Notes: generated by a model not told the origin, from the letters alone. Shown: positions 36,482 through 44,993, numbered from the stretch's first letter. The stretch: 64,000 bases of DNA from Dehalococcoidia bacterium (GCA_965201135.1 OZ241751.1:86706-150705); one strand, 5' to 3'. Made by a program: numbers and translations.

Positions 36482-36612
36482 CGAGCGCGCCCGGCGCAGG
36501 GGCAAGCGGCGCGAGTAGCGAGCGCGCCCGGCGCAGGGGCAAGCGGCGCGAGTAGCGAGCGCGCCCGGCGCATAGGCAAGCAGCGCGAGCCGCGTCCGGC
36601 GCATAGGAAGGG
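36475..36612. repeat. Tandem repeat, 37-bp period, about 3.7 copies
   Basis: GCGAGTAGCGAGCGCGCCCGGCGCAGGGGCAAGCGGC starts at 36475, 36512 and 36549, with a partial copy at 36586. Confidence 0.85.
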
Positions 36613-36620
36613 AGGCCGCC

Positions 36621-37907
36621 ATGCTCACGCAGGAGATGAACGACAGGCTTACCCGCGTCGGCCCCGGCTCGCCGATGGGCGACCTGATGCGCCGCTACTG
36701 GCACCCCGTCGCCGGCGGCGCCCAACTCGACGCCGACAATCCCACCCGCGAGATCCGACTCCTCGGCGAAGACCTCGTCCTCTACCGCGACGCATCAGGA
36801 ACGCTCGGCCTCGTCGAGCCCTCCTGCGCCCACCGCAAGGCCAGCCTCGCCTACGGCGTCCCCGAACCCAACGGCATACGCTGCGCCTACCACGGCTGGG
36901 TCTTCGACGCGCAAGGCCAGTGCGTAGATCAGCCGTCCGAGCCGGAAGGATCCAAGTTCAAGGACAAAGTTCGCATCAAGGCGTACCCCGTGCAGGAGTA
37001 CGCGGGCGCGGTTTGGGCGTACCTCGGCCCGCAGCCCGCGCCGCTCCTCCCGCGATGGGACGTCCTCGAGTGGGATGGGCGCAAGGAGTGGCAGTCACAC
37101 GCGCTCCCCTGCAACTGGCTGCAGTGCCAGGAAAACTCGCTCGACCCCCTGCACTTCCAGTGGCTGCACCGCTACTTCGGCGGTTGGATGATGAACCGCG
37201 GCAAGCCCCCCGAAGAGCGCGACGCTTGGAACGCCACCACCGGCGCCAAAGGCCGCGAGCACAAAAAGATCGGCTTCGACGTCACCGACTACGGCGTCAT
37301 CAAGCGCCGCCTCGTCGGCGACGAAACCGAAGACAGCGAGTTCTGGCGCATCGGCCACCCCGTGCTCTTTCCCAACATCCTCCGCGTCGCGCACGGCATG
37401 CAGTTCCGAACGCCCGTCGACGACACGCACACGCTGCACGTCTCGATGACCTTCCGCCCTCTGCGCGACGGCGAGGCGCCCCAGACCGAAATCCCCTACG
37501 TCGAGGAGCCCCTCTACGACGCCGACGGACGCATCCGCTACGACTACGTGCTCGCGCAAGACCAACTCGCGTGGGTCATTCAGGGGCCCATCTCCGACAG
37601 AACCACCGAGCGGCTCGGCGTCACCGACGTCGGCGTCATTATGTACCGGCGCTTGCTCGACGAGCAGGCCCGCGTCGTCGAGGACGGCGGCGAGCCGATG
37701 AACGTCCGCCGCGGCGAGGACGAAATCGTCGTCCTCCCCTGCGAATACTTCCAATACCCCGGCTACGAAGGCACCGGCGGCCCCTTCAAAGACGCCAAGC
37801 CCGCCCCCGCCGAGGTCGAGGCGGTCCTCTCCGGCGAGGGCGCCGCCCGCGAGGAATGGGCCGGCGTCCGAACCCTCACCGGCCAAGAGCGCTACGCCTT
37901 CCGCTAA
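36621..37907 (+). CDS. Rieske [2Fe-2S] non-heme-iron oxygenase, alpha-subunit type
   Basis: 428 aa with the Rieske motif CAHRKASL..(17 aa)..CAYHGWVF, and NWLQCQENSLDPLHFQWLH in the catalytic domain. Confidence 0.85.
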   Translation: MLTQEMNDRLTRVGPGSPMGDLMRRYWHPVAGGAQLDADNPTREIRLLGEDLVLYRDASGTLGLVEPSCAHRKASLAYGVPEPNGIRCAYHGWVFDAQGQCVDQPSEPEGSKFKDKVRIKAYPVQEYAGAVWAYLGPQPAPLLPRWDVLEWDGRKEWQSHALPCNWLQCQENSLDPLHFQWLHRYFGGWMMNRGKPPEERDAWNATTGAKGREHKKIGFDVTDYGVIKRRLVGDETEDSEFWRIGHPVLFPNILRVAHGMQFRTPVDDTHTLHVSMTFRPLRDGEAPQTEIPYVEEPLYDADGRIRYDYVLAQDQLAWVIQGPISDRTTERLGVTDVGVIMYRRLLDEQARVVEDGGEPMNVRRGEDEIVVLPCEYFQYPGYEGTGGPFKDAKPAPAEVEAVLSGEGAAREEWAGVRTLTGQERYAFR

Positions 37908-37913
37908 GAAATC

Positions 37914-38140
37914 GTCATTCCCGCGTAGGCGGGAATCTCGTATCCACCTCTCTCCAGAGAGGCCGTCGCATAATCTACCGTCATTCCGGCGTAGGCCGGA
38001 ATCCAGAGGCGCGCAAGCGCCGTATTCACCTCTCCCTATAAGGGGAGAGGACGCCGCGTAAGCGGCGGGAGAGGGTACTGGGAACGGCAGCCGAGAGGTT
38101 GCGCAAGGTCTCCCATCGGAGGCAGTTGCATAACCTGCAG
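37914..38140. repeat. Repeat mosaic (R1, CCTCTC/GAGAGG hairpin, R1 variant, R3, R2, degenerate IS5-TIR-like pieces, R1)
   Basis: R1 at 37914..37938, R1 variant + R3 + R2 at 37980..38080, GTTGCGCAAGGTCTCC and GCAGTTGCATAACC at about 38098..38135, then an R1 beginning at 38139. Confidence 0.8.
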
Positions 38141-38237
38141 TCATTCCCGCGTAGGCGGGAACCTCGCCCCCATCGGACGGGGGCGCGTCGCGCCCCGTCC
38201 CCACTACTCCCATCGCCTCCCGCGCGACGCGCCCCGG

Positions 38238-38266
38238 TTGACGGCGCGGCGCCTAATGGTTAGCCT
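38238..38266 (+). promoter_or_regulatory. Possible promoter of brnTA (would give a near-leaderless mRNA)
   Basis: TTGACG-17 nt-TAGCCT ends 6 nt before the brnT ATG at 38273. No SD was seen. Confidence 0.3.
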
Positions 38267-38272
38267 AGCCCT

Positions 38273-38533
38273 ATGCCTTACGAGTGGGACGAGGCCAAGC
38301 GGCGCGGCAACATCGCCAAGCACGGCATAGACTTCTCTGCGATCGAGCGCTTCCAATGGAGCGCCGCGCTCATCGAGCCGGACGACCGGCATAGCGAACC
38401 GCGATTCCGCGCGTTCGGCTACATAGAACTCCGTTTGCACACGGTCGTGTACACTGAACGCATGGGGAACACCCGGATCATCAGCATCCGCAAATCCAAC
38501 GCGAAGGAGATGGAACGCTATGCCGCCCCTTAA
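38273..38533 (+). CDS. brnT: BrnT-family (DUF497) type II toxin
   Basis: 86 aa with YEWDEAKRRGNIAKHGIDF..DDRHSEPRFRAFG..RLHTVVYTER..RIISIRKSNAKE. Confidence 0.8.
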   Translation: MPYEWDEAKRRGNIAKHGIDFSAIERFQWSAALIEPDDRHSEPRFRAFGYIELRLHTVVYTERMGNTRIISIRKSNAKEMERYAAP

Positions 38534-38825
38534 GCCCGGAACGATATGGCCTACGCCTGAGGAAGACGCGGCGATCAACGCAGGCATCGCCCTCGACCCC
38601 GACAACCCGGAGTTGACGGAGGAGGATTTCGCTCGGATGCGCCCCGCGATGGAGTTCGCGCACGCGCGGCGGCTGGAGGCGGAGCGCCTGGCGCGGGAGG
38701 CCGCCGGCAAGACGCGCGTGACGATCCGCCTTGACTCCGATGTCGTGTCCCGCCTGCGCGAGGACGGCCCCGGCTGGCAGGCGCGGGCGAACTCGGCGCT
38801 CCGGCAGGCCGTGCTCGGGGCGTGA
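38520..38825 (+). CDS. brnA: BrnA-family antitoxin
   Basis: 101 aa; overlaps brnT by 14 nt, with SD GAAGGAGA. The C-terminal KTRVTIRLDSDVVSRLREDGPGWQARANSALRQAV is typical of BrnA. Confidence 0.75.
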   Translation: MPPLKPGTIWPTPEEDAAINAGIALDPDNPELTEEDFARMRPAMEFAHARRLEAERLAREAAGKTRVTIRLDSDVVSRLREDGPGWQARANSALRQAVLGA

Positions 38826-38832
38826 TGCCTTC

Positions 38833-38945
38833 GTCATTCCCGCCTACGCGGGAATCTTGCCCCCACCTCTCCCTATAAGCGGAGAGGTCGCCGGCGAAGC
38901 CGGCGTGCGCGGGTACTGCGGACGGCAGCCGAGAGGTTGCGGCAA
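38833..38945. repeat. Repeat mosaic (R1, R2 variant, CGGCAGCCGAGAGGTTGCG module)
   Basis: GTCATTCCCGCCTACGCGGGAATC at 38833..38856 and an R2 variant at 38866..38918. The trailing module is shared with 38085..38105. Confidence 0.75.
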
Positions 38946-38977
38946 GGTAAGATAGAAGCGAACGAAAGGAGTAGACA

Positions 38978-40267
38978 GTGCCGGAGAACGAACTGGGCAG
39001 GCCGATGCCGGAATTGGGGAAGATCGAGCAGGTGGACATGCGCCTCATCTGGCCTCACGAGGCGCACGACTTCACGCCGTGGCTCGCGAACCGCCTGGAC
39101 TTGCTCGGCGACTCGCTTGGGATGGAGTTGGAAATTGTGCAGAGAGAGGCGGACATCGGCGGCTTCTCTCTCGACATTCTCGCGCAGAAGCGCGACACGG
39201 GTGAACTGGTCGCGATAGAGAATCAGTTGGAGTGGGCTGACCACCCCCACTTGGGGAAGCTCTTGACCTACGCGGCCGCCCTCGACGCTCGCGTCGTGAT
39301 ATGGGTGGCATCCTCATTCAGAGGCGAGCACCGCGCGACCATAGACTGGCTCAATGACTGGACGCCTGAAGAAATCAACTTCTACGGCGTGGAGGTGAGC
39401 GCAATCAGGATTGGCGAGTCGCTGCCCGCCCCCGTTTTTCGTCCGGTGGCGTTCCCCAACGATTGGTCGAAACAAAAAGTGGTTAGCGCGGATTCCCGGT
39501 ACAACGAGGGCCGGATTCGGTTCTACCAGCCTCTCGTTGACGCCTTGATAAAGCAAGGATTCCAAATGCAGCGAGAGGCGCATCCCTGGGTTAACAAAGT
39601 GCGGACAGCGTTCAACGGATTGTACTACTATCCTCACATCCCGAAGTCGCCAAAGTTATGGGGATCCGATTGGATGTGGGAAGTGTCGGTGAAACTCGCC
39701 ATTGACACCACTAGTAGGGAGCGTAACGTTCGAATTTTTAACGCGCTCAAACAAGAGCAAAACCAGATTCACAAAGAGTGCTACCCGGAGCCCGGAGTGG
39801 TCAAATGGGATGAGGGGAGGCACCGATCATGCACGGTGGAAGCAGGGGGGCTACACGTTAATGTATCTGATAACCTGCGTCGGCGCATGTCAATAGATGA
39901 GACGCTGGAACATTCGCCGAGGATCCGTGAGGCTATGCTAGCGGGCCTGCTGCGATTCATCGCTATCCTCACCCCCCGACTGGAGCGAATCATGGGCGAA
40001 TTGCAAGACGAGGAAGCGGAGCCTGATGCGTACCCCCGGCCTGCTGAAGCGGATGCCCGAAATCATCGAGCATCTGCAGCGGAAGGAGACCTAATGAGCC
40101 TGTCCGCTTACTGCGTAAAGTGCCGGGAGAAGCGGGACATGGCGAACGCGCGTGACGAGACGACCAAGAACGGCAAGCCCATCATCAAGGGCGCGTGCGC
40201 GATTTGCGGAACCGGCATAAACATCATCGGCAAGACGATGGCCAACATGAAGGAGAGCCATGAGTAA
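38978..40267 (+). CDS. NucS/PD-(D/E)XK-like nuclease-fold protein (DUF4268-like) with an in-frame C-terminal zinc ribbon (DUF5679-like)
   Basis: GTG 7 nt after AAAGGAG. The N-terminal WPHEAHDFTPWL..FSLDILAQKRDTGELVAIENQLEWADHPHLGKLLTYAA..VIWVA..EHRATIDWLN matches my recollection of this family. The C-terminal CVKCREKRDM..NGKPIIKGACAICGTGINIIGK is a CxxC..CxxC ribbon. Confidence 0.6.
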   Translation: MPENELGRPMPELGKIEQVDMRLIWPHEAHDFTPWLANRLDLLGDSLGMELEIVQREADIGGFSLDILAQKRDTGELVAIENQLEWADHPHLGKLLTYAAALDARVVIWVASSFRGEHRATIDWLNDWTPEEINFYGVEVSAIRIGESLPAPVFRPVAFPNDWSKQKVVSADSRYNEGRIRFYQPLVDALIKQGFQMQREAHPWVNKVRTAFNGLYYYPHIPKSPKLWGSDWMWEVSVKLAIDTTSRERNVRIFNALKQEQNQIHKECYPEPGVVKWDEGRHRSCTVEAGGLHVNVSDNLRRRMSIDETLEHSPRIREAMLAGLLRFIAILTPRLERIMGELQDEEAEPDAYPRPAEADARNHRASAAEGDLMSLSAYCVKCREKRDMANARDETTKNGKPIIKGACAICGTGINIIGKTMANMKESHE

Positions 40268-40925
40268 GTCCGATGGCCCGCAGCCCCGCGAGCATCCCTA
40301 CATCTGGGTCACGTGGATGCCGCGCCTCCTCTCCGGCAATCACCATTGCGAGTGGGCGTCGTGGTTCAAGACGCGGCACGACGGCAAGACGTGGCGGCGC
40401 GCCGTCCGCGATTTCGAGCCGACGTTGTGGGCGCTCAATCACAAAGCCCTCCTGCGGGAGGAGCGGAAGCGGCTGGAGGCGGACGGCGCGACCGTGAAGG
40501 TCGAGCGGCAAAACCAGTTCCGCTTGCGCGGCTGGAGCGCCGCGCTGGCCGGAATGCCCGACCTCGTGTCGCTCAAGGACGGGCAAGCGGTTATCCACGA
40601 CCTCAAGTCCGGCGAGCCCCACGAATACCACGCCATTCAGGTGATGCTCTATATGTGGGCGTTCCCGCTCGCGCGGCGCGAGTACGGCGGCCTGCCGCTT
40701 TCGGGGCGCGTCGTCTACCCCGACCACGCGGTGGACGTGCCGGGGTCGGCGATAGACCAGGCGTTCGTCGAGAGGGCGGTTGACCTGATCAAAACGCTCG
40801 CGGGCGAGGAGCCGCCGCCCCGGACGCCGAGCGCGTCCGAATGCTCCTTCTGCGACATCACCGCCGACGACTGCCCTGAGCGCGTAGAGGACGCGCCCGC
40901 CGAAGAGGAGACGGATCTGTTCTAG
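40260..40925 (+). CDS. Cas4/RecB-like PD-(D/E)XK nuclease with a 4-Cys (Fe-S) signature
   Basis: 221 aa; overlaps the upstream gene by 8 nt. It has PDLV..(10 aa)..HDLKSGE (D..DxK), QVMLY (QxxxY), one N-terminal Cys (HHCEW) and a C-terminal CSFCDITADDC. Confidence 0.65.
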   Translation: MSKSDGPQPREHPYIWVTWMPRLLSGNHHCEWASWFKTRHDGKTWRRAVRDFEPTLWALNHKALLREERKRLEADGATVKVERQNQFRLRGWSAALAGMPDLVSLKDGQAVIHDLKSGEPHEYHAIQVMLYMWAFPLARREYGGLPLSGRVVYPDHAVDVPGSAIDQAFVERAVDLIKTLAGEEPPPRTPSASECSFCDITADDCPERVEDAPAEEETDLF

Positions 40926-40954
40926 GTCGCCCCGGCAAGCGCCGCGTCTTCCGT

Positions 40955-42121
40955 TCAGTCCAAATGGAAGAACCGCTCCATATTGCCGCCGAGGATGTCG
41001 CGCTTCGCCTCTTCGCTCAAGCCATCCATCGTCTCGATGCCGGCGGCGGTGTTGGGGAACGTGGACGGCGGATGCGGGTAGTCGCTGCCCACGATGAAGT
41101 TGCGGCTGCCGATCGTCCGGACGGCGCCGACGATCGCCTGCTCGTCCGGCTCGACGGCGACGAGGCAACTCCGCGCGATCAGTTCGCTCGGCGGCTCGTC
41201 GCACCTCGCGCACTGCGGCTCGATCTGATAGACGCGGTCGAGCGTGTACATCGCCCACGGCAGCCAGGAGCCGCCCGACTCGAAGAACGCGAACCGCAGA
41301 TTCGGAAACTCCCGCAGAACGCCGCCGAGCGTCAGGCTCGCCATCGCCACGATGTACTCGAACGCGAAGCCGAGGTAGTTGCTGATGTGCAGGCGGCGCA
41401 TCCGCTCCCAGCCGAGCGTGTAATTCGTGGGCGCGTGGTCGTTCACCTGGCACTGAAACGGGTTGCCGTGCACGTAAAGCGGAGCGTCCAACTCCGCGGC
41501 GGCCCTCCAGAACGGATAGAGGTCTATGGCGTCCCAGTTGCGCCCGCGCCAGTTGCTGTTGATCGTGATGGCGCGGAGCCCCAACTCGACGACGGCGCGG
41601 CGCGCCTCCGCCGCGCACGCCTCGACGCTCTCCGTTCCGAACGGGACGACGCCCGTTCCGATGAACTCGCCGGGGCGGCGCCGCTGCGCCTCGGCGGTCG
41701 CGTTGTTGTAGCCCATGCAGAGCGCGAGGCGCAGCCCCGGATCCCAGTCGCGCTCGTTCGGCGCCCCGAACGGGTTGCCGTAGATGCCGTCCGGGATGAG
41801 GACTTGCATATCGAACCCCGTCTCCGGCAGCAGCCGCGCGCGCTGATTGACGGCGCCGTGCCCGACCGGCCCCGCGCCTTGCCCGGTCGTCGCGGCGGTG
41901 GGGTTGACCGCCCCGGCGCGCTTTCCGGCGGCGGATGCGCGGAACCCGCCACGGCGCGCCTCGCGGTCGGAGAAGAACGCCGCGTCGCGCAGCAGCATAT
42001 CCAGCGCCTCGTCCGAGACGCCTATGGCTTCCCCAACGCCGGTGAAGTCCGGCGGCGGGAAGAAGTGGCTGTCGCCGTCTATCTTGCGGAACGTCGCCGC
42101 CTGCGTCGCGGACTCGGCCAT
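40955..42121 (-). CDS. Amidohydrolase-2 family metal-dependent hydrolase/decarboxylase (ACMSD-like)
   Basis: 388 aa with IDGDSHFFPP at the N-terminus and the HGNPF and GSDYPHP motifs. Confidence 0.75.
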   Translation of the reverse strand: MAESATQAATFRKIDGDSHFFPPPDFTGVGEAIGVSDEALDMLLRDAAFFSDREARRGGFRASAAGKRAGAVNPTAATTGQGAGPVGHGAVNQRARLLPETGFDMQVLIPDGIYGNPFGAPNERDWDPGLRLALCMGYNNATAEAQRRRPGEFIGTGVVPFGTESVEACAAEARRAVVELGLRAITINSNWRGRNWDAIDLYPFWRAAAELDAPLYVHGNPFQCQVNDHAPTNYTLGWERMRRLHISNYLGFAFEYIVAMASLTLGGVLREFPNLRFAFFESGGSWLPWAMYTLDRVYQIEPQCARCDEPPSELIARSCLVAVEPDEQAIVGAVRTIGSRNFIVGSDYPHPPSTFPNTAAGIETMDGLSEEAKRDILGGNMERFFHLD

Positions 42122-42248
42122 CGCGCTCCCTCCTCGTTGATCCGAATGTTGCGGAACGCGCGCTATGTTACGCCGTCGGCGCGGTCAGCGTGGCGTGGCG
42201 GAGGCCGGTCGGCGGGCGATGAGGCTAACCCGCGTCGACGCGCCTCCT

Positions 42249-43743
42249 TCACGGCGTTTCGTAAGTACGAACGCCCGCGCCGTTCCTGTTCATGGTCACG
42301 ATGCCATCCCATCCATCATAGAAAGCAATCCGCGAACTATCCGGCGACCAGGCGGCTCTCATATATGAGAAATCCGCCTTAAGGGGCAATTCTAGGCGCC
42401 GCAGGCCGCTTCCATCCGGCCGAATGACACGGGCGGCGTCAGCAATGAACAGGATCTCTTCGCCGTCGGGCGACCATGTCACCTGAGAGATTGGCCTCGC
42501 GCTGTCGCCTTCCCATATCACCCGATCATTCGTTCCGTCTCGGCTGATTAAATGAACGCTCACGCTATCGTAGTCGCTGCTTCCGAATGCAAGGTCGCGG
42601 CCATCAGGCGACCACGACGGCCCGCCGAAAGTAATGGAATTGAGCCTAGTTTTACGTGGGACTCCGGAAGTCTCATAAGAGGTCGCGGATGCAATTTGCA
42701 AGGGTTCGATTTTATCAATTCCCGTGAGAAACACGCCTATTTCAACAACCTCTCCATAACCGGCGTCAGAATCGACGTTTATCGCATTGATAAACGCGAA
42801 TTCTTCGCTATTGGGCGACCAGGCAACCGGATAGAGCAATGCGCCGCGGCTCGAGGTTCTCAACTCGCCTTTCGCATTCGCCACGTTGATAACGACGCTG
42901 TTAGATGCGAAATTCCAAAGGCTTCCCCCTCTAACGCCAAGCCAAGAAAGGAATACGATATGCTTTCCGTCGCGTGACCACACAGGGAAAAAGTCATACG
43001 ATGCGTTGTCCGTCAGCCTTATTCGATTCGAGCGTAGTCCAATCGACTATCGCAATTTCCGGATCATGGTTTGACCTATAATTCGTCACGAATTCGCATG
43101 AAGTGTACGCAATAAGCGGTTCGGAAGGAGAGGGATCCAAATGCAAAGAGAATCTCCAACGATAAGGGCTTGCATTGATAATTGTCTCAACGATTTCCGT
43201 ATCCAACGAGAGTTTGCCTATCGAATCCGAAGCATTCCAGCCGATGCGGTTTTGTTGATAATCGAATACTAAATAGTCTCCTACTTCCGTGGTGATCCAA
43301 TGAACGAAACGCTCGGGATGAGGGAATCCTGGAGGTATAAGAGGGTGAAACCAACAGGCGGTAGGCTCTCCGTCGGGCACAGGGGTTTCCGGGGGCGGCG
43401 GCGGCCACGGAGTGGGCCATTGGGCAGGCGCGAGCGTTGCCGTGGGCCTAGGCGAGGCGGCAAAAGTGGGCGCTGGAGTGAGCGTAGGCGTGAACGTAGG
43501 CGTGAACGTAGGGGTTGGAGTAGGGGTAGGAATGGGCGTGAAAGTGGGCGTTGGGGTGAGCGTAGGCGTGAACGTAGGGGTTGGCGTAGGCATAGGGCTG
43601 GGCGTGAAAGCGGGGGTTGGGGTGAGGATAGGCGCAGGAGCAACAGTGGGCGTGGGCGCGGGCGACGCGCACGCGACCGCCGCAAGCGCCAAGAGCGCCC
43701 CCGTCGCCAAAACGCGCAGCCGCAAGACGATGATTGCGCTCAT
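42249..43743 (-). pseudogene. TolB-like beta-propeller lipoprotein with PT-rich linker, interrupted by a frameshift (or assembly error)
   Basis: ORF 42994..43743 (signal MSAIIVLRLRVLATGALLALAAVAC plus a PTPT linker) stops at 42994. The PD40 repeats (PVWSRDGKHIVF, WSPNSEEFAF, WSPDGRDLAF, WSPDGEEILF, WSPDSSRIAF) continue in another frame. That frame is open from about 43045. Confidence 0.6.
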
Positions 43744-44993
43744 TGGGGAACCTCCGTCCACTCGAAGGGTCCGAAGCCGGCAGGCGCTGGTTGGCCTTGC
43801 GCCGCTATCAGTCGGTTCGATCTATCATCCCATCTTACCAAAACGCGCAGGTCTGATCCGTCGGAGTTAACCGTGAAAAGTTTGACTCCACTGGCGCTAT
43901 CGGGGAGGAGCGCTGCAATCCGCGAACCATCCGGAGACCACGTAGCGTATGCGCCGGGCCCCGCGTCCGTTGTTTTTACGCTTGATCCATCAGCATCGAC
44001 TAACAAGAAAGGGCTTTTTTGGAAGAGAATTTGAGAGCCGTCAGGCGACCAAGAGATCCATCTACCCCGCGCATCGCCTGATGAAAGGTTTGAAGTTCCC
44101 ATTTGAGGAACAGTTGCTATATTCATCATATCGGTCCCGTTAGGGCGAACAGTCACAAGAGTTTCCAGGTCTTGCTGACTACGAACGAAGGCTATTCGGG
44201 CGCCATCAGGCGACCAAGTCGGCAGGCTTTCTGATTTGGATAAACGAAATGCTTCAGGATCATTAATATCCAATACGTAGAGGAAACCTGTTGGCATAGG
44301 TATGGAATTCCCGTCAATTTCCCCATCGGGCCGAACTACTACTTTAGCCCATTCGTTTCCAAAAAACACGATTCGTTGGCTATTAGGAGACCACGCAATA
44401 GGGTGAGCGTCGGCTCCGACAGTTGGAGCCAATCTCCGAATTTCAGTTTCACCTCTATGGGCTAGAAACAAGCCATCCCCTTGAGTTTCTGGAACAGGAC
44501 TATCGTCATAAGATCTGAATACGATGAGCGAGCCATCGGGAGACAGAGCAGGGTAAAACGGCGGATACGAACGATCTTCCGCGAAACGTTCACTATCGGA
44601 AGTGTCGAAAGACGACGTTTCTATGGTATATTCTCTATCGCGCCAGCCTACTCTACATGCAAATCTGCCGAAGCCAATCAATTCGTTGGAAGAAACGCTT
44701 ATTGCATGTTCGAGGCCAAGTTCGCCTCTGGCATGGGGGAGCGCATTTAAACTCGCGCCATCGCTAGCGGCGACATATACCCGCCTGTCCGCGTTAAATA
44801 CAATATGGCCTTCGGTCGACCACATAGGAGGCATGGGGTATTGAGCATGCCTGCCCTCGAGGTCGCCTTGATAGCCTCGCGGCGAACATCCGCAAGCAAT
44901 GGGCGTGAGCATGAAAGCGAGCAGCAAGAGCGTCAGCAGCGCCCCCGCGAGCGCTCCCAGCAGCGCGGAGACGTTTGCGGTTCGCTTTCGCAT
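43740..44993 (-). CDS. TolB-like beta-propeller (PD40 repeat) protein with an N-terminal membrane anchor
   Basis: The ATG at 44993 gives MRKRTANVSALLGALAGALLTLLLLAF. Repeats are LSPDGSLIVF, WSPNSQRIVF, WSPDGARIAF, WSPDGSQILF and WSPDGSRIAA. The track ORF to 45200 runs through repeats. Its stop overlaps the downstream ATG (ATGA). Confidence 0.7.
   Translation of the reverse strand: MRKRTANVSALLGALAGALLTLLLLAFMLTPIACGCSPRGYQGDLEGRHAQYPMPPMWSTEGHIVFNADRRVYVAASDGASLNALPHARGELGLEHAISVSSNELIGFGRFACRVGWRDREYTIETSSFDTSDSERFAEDRSYPPFYPALSPDGSLIVFRSYDDSPVPETQGDGLFLAHRGETEIRRLAPTVGADAHPIAWSPNSQRIVFFGNEWAKVVVRPDGEIDGNSIPMPTGFLYVLDINDPEAFRLSKSESLPTWSPDGARIAFVRSQQDLETLVTVRPNGTDMMNIATVPQMGTSNLSSGDARGRWISWSPDGSQILFQKSPFLLVDADGSSVKTTDAGPGAYATWSPDGSRIAALLPDSASGVKLFTVNSDGSDLRVLVRWDDRSNRLIAAQGQPAPAGFGPFEWTEVPQ

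Noticed and set aside
38085-38140. Abutted right-TIR-like and left-TIR-like pieces (GTTGCGCAAGGTCTCC .. GCAGTTGCATAACC) resembling an IS circle junction.
   Set aside because: Both pieces are degenerate relative to the IS5-element TIRs. Part of the motif belongs to another recurrent module (CGGCAGCCGAGAGGTTGCG, also at 38925). It is most likely decayed repeat debris.
40260-40925. A Cas4-like nuclease as evidence of a CRISPR-Cas locus.
   Set aside because: There is no cas1, cas2, effector genes or repeat-spacer array anywhere in the 64 kb. Stand-alone Cas4/RecB-like nucleases are common outside CRISPR systems.
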